A stretch of 64,000 nt of DNA from Vicingaceae bacterium (GTDB lineage: Bacteria > Bacteroidota > Bacteroidia > Flavobacteriales_E > Vicingaceae). The notes under the pieces were generated by a model. The model saw only the letters and a program-made list of their open reading frames with translations, was not told the DNA's origin and did not search any database. Positions 59,827 to 64,000 of the stretch are shown in pieces (within the stretch, counting starts at the first letter, position 1; each line of letters starts with the position of its first letter). The stretch lies in NCBI GenBank assembly GCA_026003395.1, contig BPHE01000009.1, forward strand, positions 5,528 to 69,527. Reading direction: 5' to 3'. A program made the position numbers and the translations under genes.

Positions 59827-60690
59827 ATGGGAGCAAATACAACAGCAGTAGATGCTAAAACAGCATGGGGTGGAGGAAGAGCCCCTTTCGGCATCAGTTA
59901 CGGAAAAATGATGATGTGGTTTTTTTTGATTTCTGATGCTTTGACATTCGGAGGATTTCTTGCTTCTTACGGTCTAACCAGACATCACTTCCAAGACATT
60001 TGGCCCAGTGCCGAAAATGTTTTCACGCATTTCCCGTTTTTGGAAGGCGATCATCCCCTTTTGTATGTGGCTTTTATGACCTTTATTTTGATTATGAGTT
60101 CGGTGACTATGGTGTTGGCTGTGGAAGCCGGTCACAGAATGAGCAGACGGGAAGTGTTGATTTGGCTTGGCTTAACTATTCTTGGAGGTTTAATTTTCGT
60201 CGGTTCTCAGGCCTGGGAATGGTATCACTTTATTCATGGTACTGAGCTTGGTGCCGTTGAATTAGGTAAAGGATATTTGACATTGCCATCCGGACAGGTG
60301 GTGGAAACTAAAGGGATTATTGCCAGGTGGGCTTCTGAAGCCAAAGATACATTGTTGTTGCCATGGAAAGATGATGCCGGCAATTATATTGCCTTGACAG
60401 GTCAAGAAATGCAAAAAGTATTGGCAGGAGCAAAAGAAATTTTTGGAGCAAATTTGATACATAATGAATACGGAGTGCCTGCTTTTGGCGACTTTTTCTT
60501 CTTTATAACCGGGTTCCACGGTACACACGTTTTCAGTGGTGTTGTATTGAATTTTGTTATCTTTATCAATGTAATTAAAGGCACATACGAAAAAAGAGGT
60601 CATTACGAAATGGTCGAAAAGGTCGGTTTATATTGGCACTTTGTAGACCTTGTCTGGGTTTTTGTTTTTACGTTCTTTTATCTTGTTTAA
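59827..60690 (+). CDS. cytochrome c oxidase subunit III with ~80-aa soluble insertion
   Basis: SQAWEWYHF, TGFHGTHVFSG, YWHFVDLVWVFVF. An insertion (GTELGAVELGKG...EYGVPAFGD) lies between helices. Confidence 0.8.
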   Translation: MGANTTAVDAKTAWGGGRAPFGISYGKMMMWFFLISDALTFGGFLASYGLTRHHFQDIWPSAENVFTHFPFLEGDHPLLYVAFMTFILIMSSVTMVLAVEAGHRMSRREVLIWLGLTILGGLIFVGSQAWEWYHFIHGTELGAVELGKGYLTLPSGQVVETKGIIARWASEAKDTLLLPWKDDAGNYIALTGQEMQKVLAGAKEIFGANLIHNEYGVPAFGDFFFFITGFHGTHVFSGVVLNFVIFINVIKGTYEKRGHYEMVEKVGLYWHFVDLVWVFVFTFFYLV

Positions 60691-60708
60691 TTTTAAAAAT
60701 TTATTGAT

Positions 60709-61092
60709 ATGTCACATCATGAACATCATCAAGGGCATGCACACGAACCGTATGAGTTTGCGGTGCATCATTCAGAAGAAGAAGGAAAAAAAATCAGAAG
60801 AACACTTTGGAATGTGTTCTGGATATTATTGATAGTTACCACTATTGAGGTCTTATTGGGTATTTTCTGGAAAAGTTGGGGATTCTCATGGCCTATTGTG
60901 AAAAATACGTTTATTTTCATGACCATTTTAAAGGCCTACTATATAGTTGCATACTTCATGCACTTAAAAGATGAAGCCCGTAGCTTCATTTATGTGATTG
61001 TCATGCCATACATCTTGTTTATTATTTATTTGTCATACATCTTGATATACGAAGGTTATTCTTTACATTTTCTAGATTTATGGTTTAAATAA
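60709..61092 (+). CDS. cytochrome c oxidase subunit IV family (prokaryotic COX4_pro-like)
   Basis: 127 aa, 3 TM segments. The AYYIVAYFMHLKDE motif is typical of this family. Confidence 0.7.
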   Translation: MSHHEHHQGHAHEPYEFAVHHSEEEGKKIRRTLWNVFWILLIVTTIEVLLGIFWKSWGFSWPIVKNTFIFMTILKAYYIVAYFMHLKDEARSFIYVIVMPYILFIIYLSYILIYEGYSLHFLDLWFK

Positions 61093-61773
61093 ATGGAAGT
61101 ATCAAAATCAAAGATTTGGAAGGCAGCAATTGTATTGATCATACTCTTGTTGCCTTCTTTATTTTACTTGTTTTTATTCAGCGGTAAACATTTGCATCAA
61201 TCGTTGCCATATTTTGGTCCCAAAAAACTTGTTGAGAAGGAAGGGAAATTCGATACGGTCTATTTTACAATTCCTTCTTTCCGGCTTTTGGATCAAGACA
61301 GCACCCCATTTACAAGAGATTCTATGCATGGGTATATTTATGTAGTTGACTTCTTCTTTGCAACTTGTCCCACCATTTGCCCCAAAATGGCTACACATAT
61401 GCACAATCTTCAAGAAAAATTTAAAGATTATCCGCAAGTGAAATTTTTGTCAATTACCGTGAATCCCGAACACGACACTCCCACCGTTTTAAATGACTAT
61501 GCAAAAAAGGTACATGCCGGACCAAATTGGAAATTTCTCACCGGTGAAAAAGATTCGATATACAATCTGGCATTTACGGGATTTTTTGTAAGTGCTATGA
61601 AAGACACATTGGCTCCCGGTGGATTTCTCCATTCCCCTTATTTGATATTACTGGATAAAGAAGCACATATAAGAGGTTATTTTGACGGAACATCCACCAC
61701 CGAAACCAAAAAACTTGAAGATGCCTTGAAAATACTTCTCTACGACGATTTTAAAGCCAAGAAAAAGAAATGA
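61093..61773 (+). CDS. SCO1/SenC family copper chaperone
   Basis: TM anchor. Thioredoxin-like fold with the CPTICP motif and a downstream His (FLHSPY). Confidence 0.85.
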   Translation: MEVSKSKIWKAAIVLIILLLPSLFYLFLFSGKHLHQSLPYFGPKKLVEKEGKFDTVYFTIPSFRLLDQDSTPFTRDSMHGYIYVVDFFFATCPTICPKMATHMHNLQEKFKDYPQVKFLSITVNPEHDTPTVLNDYAKKVHAGPNWKFLTGEKDSIYNLAFTGFFVSAMKDTLAPGGFLHSPYLILLDKEAHIRGYFDGTSTTETKKLEDALKILLYDDFKAKKKK

Positions 61774-62288
61774 CAGTTTTTACAAATAAAAAATTCATAT
61801 GGACTGTCACAATAATTTTACCTTTAGCCGTGGCAGCATTAAAATATATACCAAAGTTTGAAGGTCCTTCATGGACAAGTTCGATGCCCTTGTTTTCAGC
61901 AATTATCAATTCAATAACGGCAATAGTTCTAGTTTGGTCGGTGGTCAACGTAAAAAAAGGGAACATAGAAAAACACCGTAAAGGTATGATAACTGCTTTG
62001 ATATTGTCCACACTGTTTTTGTTAAATTATGTATTTTATCACATTACCAACGAAGATACACCTTATCCCGAAGAAGCGCCTTTGCGTTATGTTTATTATT
62101 TTATTTTAATTACACATATTTTTTTGTCGGGTATAATTGTGCCTATGGTTTTATTTACTCTTAGACATGCATTAATGAATAATATTGAACAACACCGCAG
62201 GTTGGCAAAAATTACTTTTCCATTATGGTTGTATGTTGCTGTTACAGGAGTTTTGGTTTATGTTTTTATGGCTCCTTACTATCACTAA
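61770..62288 (+). CDS. DUF420 family membrane protein
   Basis: 172 aa, 4-5 TM segments. ATGA overlap with the SCO1 gene. This family commonly sits in oxidase accessory clusters. Confidence 0.6.
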   Translation: MTVFTNKKFIWTVTIILPLAVAALKYIPKFEGPSWTSSMPLFSAIINSITAIVLVWSVVNVKKGNIEKHRKGMITALILSTLFLLNYVFYHITNEDTPYPEEAPLRYVYYFILITHIFLSGIIVPMVLFTLRHALMNNIEQHRRLAKITFPLWLYVAVTGVLVYVFMAPYYH

Positions 62289-62348
62289 CAAAAAATGACT
62301 ACAATTTCAATGATTTAAATGCATAAATTTGCATAAAAATTTTTCGCG

Positions 62349-62573
62349 ATGAAAAAAGCAGGCATTTTCATATTTTTTATCTTTTTGAATATTGTATCTT
62401 TTGCGCAATGTGCCATGTGTCGTGCATCTGTGGAGAGTTCACAACAAGCCGGCGAAACATGGGCGAATGGCTTCAACAGTGGAATTCTATATCTTATGGC
62501 TGTGCCTTATGTGGCTTTTGCCGTGATTGCCTGGTTGTATTATAAAAATTATTATTCGAAAAATAAAAATTAG
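62349..62573 (+). CDS. small hypothetical membrane protein with CxxC
   Basis: 74 aa. Signal-like N-terminus, CAMC directly after the predicted cleavage site, and one C-terminal TM segment. Confidence 0.4.
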   Translation: MKKAGIFIFFIFLNIVSFAQCAMCRASVESSQQAGETWANGFNSGILYLMAVPYVAFAVIAWLYYKNYYSKNKN

Positions 62574-62693
62574 AGTCAATTTATTATGCAAAAGAGAAAA
62601 AAATGTGAGGAGAGCCATGATTAATGGTAAGATAATTTTATGAATTTGCTTGTAAACCCGCTAAGGAGAAATCATAGTTAAAGATAAATAATG

Positions 62694-62723
62694 CCCTTCG
62701 GTGAAAAATCCGGAGGGTTTTTT
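62694..62723 (+). terminator. intrinsic terminator-like hairpin 19 nt upstream of the metH start (operon terminator or attenuator)
   Basis: cccttcgg tgaaaaat ccggaggg (8 bp including one G-U pair) followed by tttttt. Confidence 0.5.
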
Positions 62724-62741
62724 ATAGAAAATAAAACAAAA

Positions 62742-64000
62742 ATGAAAACATCTATAAAAGATGAAATAGAAAAACGAATACTGGTGCTTGATGGAGCCAT
62801 GGGCACAATGATACAGCGTTTTAAACTTGAAGAAGCCGATTATCGGGGTGAAGAATTTAAAAATTGGCCGGTAGATTTAAAAGGCAACAATGATTTATTG
62901 ACATTGACACGCCCGGATGTGATAGCATCTATACATCGGTCCTATATGGAAGCAGGAGCAGACATCATAGAGACCAACACATTCAATGCTCAAAAAATTT
63001 CGCTGGCCGATTATGCAATGGAAGCATTGGCTTATAGAATCAATTTTGAAGCTGCAAAATTGGCAAAAGAAACAGCCGGACAATTTATGAAGGAAAATCC
63101 GGAAAGAAATGTCTGGGTGGCAGGTTCGATTGGTCCCACAAACAAAACGCTGTCATTGTCGCCCGACGTAAATAATCCGGGGTTTCGTGCATTGGATTGG
63201 GACACTCTTCTTGACGCTTATATGGAACAGGTACAGGGTTTGGTGGACGGAGGAGTGGATTTGCTGATTGTTGAAACTGTTTTCGATACGCTCAATGCCA
63301 AATGTGCCTTAATGGCCATTAGACGTGTCTTTCAGCAAAAAACAGTCGAGTTGCCGGTGATTGTCTCCGGAACCATTACCGATGCCAGCGGCCGTACATT
63401 GAGCGGCCAAACATTAGAAGCATTTTTAATATCTGTGTCACATTTTCCTTTGTTTGCCATAGGTTTAAATTGTGCATTAGGAGCCCGTCAATTACGCCCG
63501 TTTATAGAAGAATTGAGTCAGAAAGCACCATTTTATGTGAGCGCATATCCCAATGCCGGATTGCCCAACCATTTTGGAGAATATGACGAAACACCTGAAG
63601 AGACAGCGGAGTATATCAAAGATTTTCTTCAATCCGGATGCGTCAACATAGTAGGAGGTTGTTGTGGAACGACACCGGAACACATACGTCTTATAGCAGA
63701 CGCAGCCAAAGGAGCAACACCACGGAAGATTCCTGAATTGCCGAAGTATCTTCAGCTGAGTGGGCTGGAATCATTCACACTCAGACCGGATAGTAATTTC
63801 ATGAACATCGGCGAAAGAACCAACATTACAGGGAGTAAAAAGTTTGCAAGATTGGTGAAAGAAAACAATTGGCAAGAAGCGTTGGATATTGCCCGTGAAC
63901 AAGTGGAAAATGGAGCACAAGCCATAGATATTTGCATGGACGAAGCCATGGTTGATGGACAACAAGCCATGAAAACCTTTTTAAGGTTGATTGCATCCGA
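62742..64000 (+). CDS. metH: methionine synthase (B12-dependent), N-terminal part; continues past right edge
   Basis: Stop-free frame from the ATG at 62742 to the window end. Homocysteine-binding domain ([45 protein letters not shown]), then the start of the pterin-binding domain ([14 protein letters not shown]). Not in the ORF track because there is no stop. Confidence 0.9.
   Translation, partial: MKTSIKDEIEKRILVLDGAMGTMIQRFKLEEADYRGEEFKNWPVDLKGNNDLLTLTRPDVIASIHRSYMEAGADIIETNTFNAQKISLADYAMEALAYRINFEAAKLAKETAGQFMKENPERNVWVAGSIGPTNKTLSLSPDVNNPGFRALDWDTLLDAYMEQVQGLVDGGVDLLIVETVFDTLNAKCALMAIRRVFQQKTVELPVIVSGTITDASGRTLSGQTLEAFLISVSHFPLFAIGLNCALGARQLRPFIEELSQKAPFYVSAYPNAGLPNHFGEYDETPEETAEYIKDFLQSGCVNIVGGCCGTTPEHIRLIADAAKGATPRKIPELPKYLQLSGLESFTLRPDSNFMNIGERTNITGSKKFARLVKENNWQEALDIAREQVENGAQAIDICMDEAMVDGQQAMKTFLRLIAS

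Overview
AT-rich chromosomal segment from a member of the Bacteroidota, of the gliding / type IX secretion (T9SS) lifestyle. Support for that placement: gldD, two Por-type and one CHU_C-type C-terminal sorting domains, three TonB-dependent receptors, and TAnnTTTG-like -7 promoter boxes. Most of the window is housekeeping: rlmN, aspS, ileS, lspA, uvrC, mdh, kbl, fcl, metH, and a heme-copper oxidase accessory cluster (ctaA, cyoE, two subunit-III genes, subunit IV, SCO1, DUF420). I saw no rRNA, tRNA, CRISPR array, transposase or integrase. Four things stand out. (1) A near-perfect 5,011-bp head-to-tail tandem duplication (17392-22402 and 22403-27409). It duplicates an ABC ATPase and a flippase-like membrane protein, and it leaves a truncated permease and a headless TonB-receptor fragment at the novel joint. 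Every substitution I found between the two units is synonymous. (2) An ECF sigma factor is translationally coupled to a membrane-anchored, anti-sigma-like protein that ends in PKD and T9SS type-B (CHU_C) domains. Two tandem collagen-like (Gly-X-Y) surface-protein paralogs follow, sharing an almost identical 5' cassette. I flag this as a candidate undescribed regulatory/surface-fibre module. (3) An ABC-2 permease fused to an M1-type zinc peptidase domain, a DksA-like protein with a long Lys-rich/acidic tail, and a GT51 transglycosylase with an unusual domain order. (4) At least six frame disruptions all sit at short homopolymers (MORN-repeat gene twice, DUF5684 tail, histidine kinase N-terminus, collagen gene twice). 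This points to homopolymer sequencing error or slipped-strand variation, so pseudogene calls here need caution. All functional calls come from motif and family recognition by eye; no searches were run.
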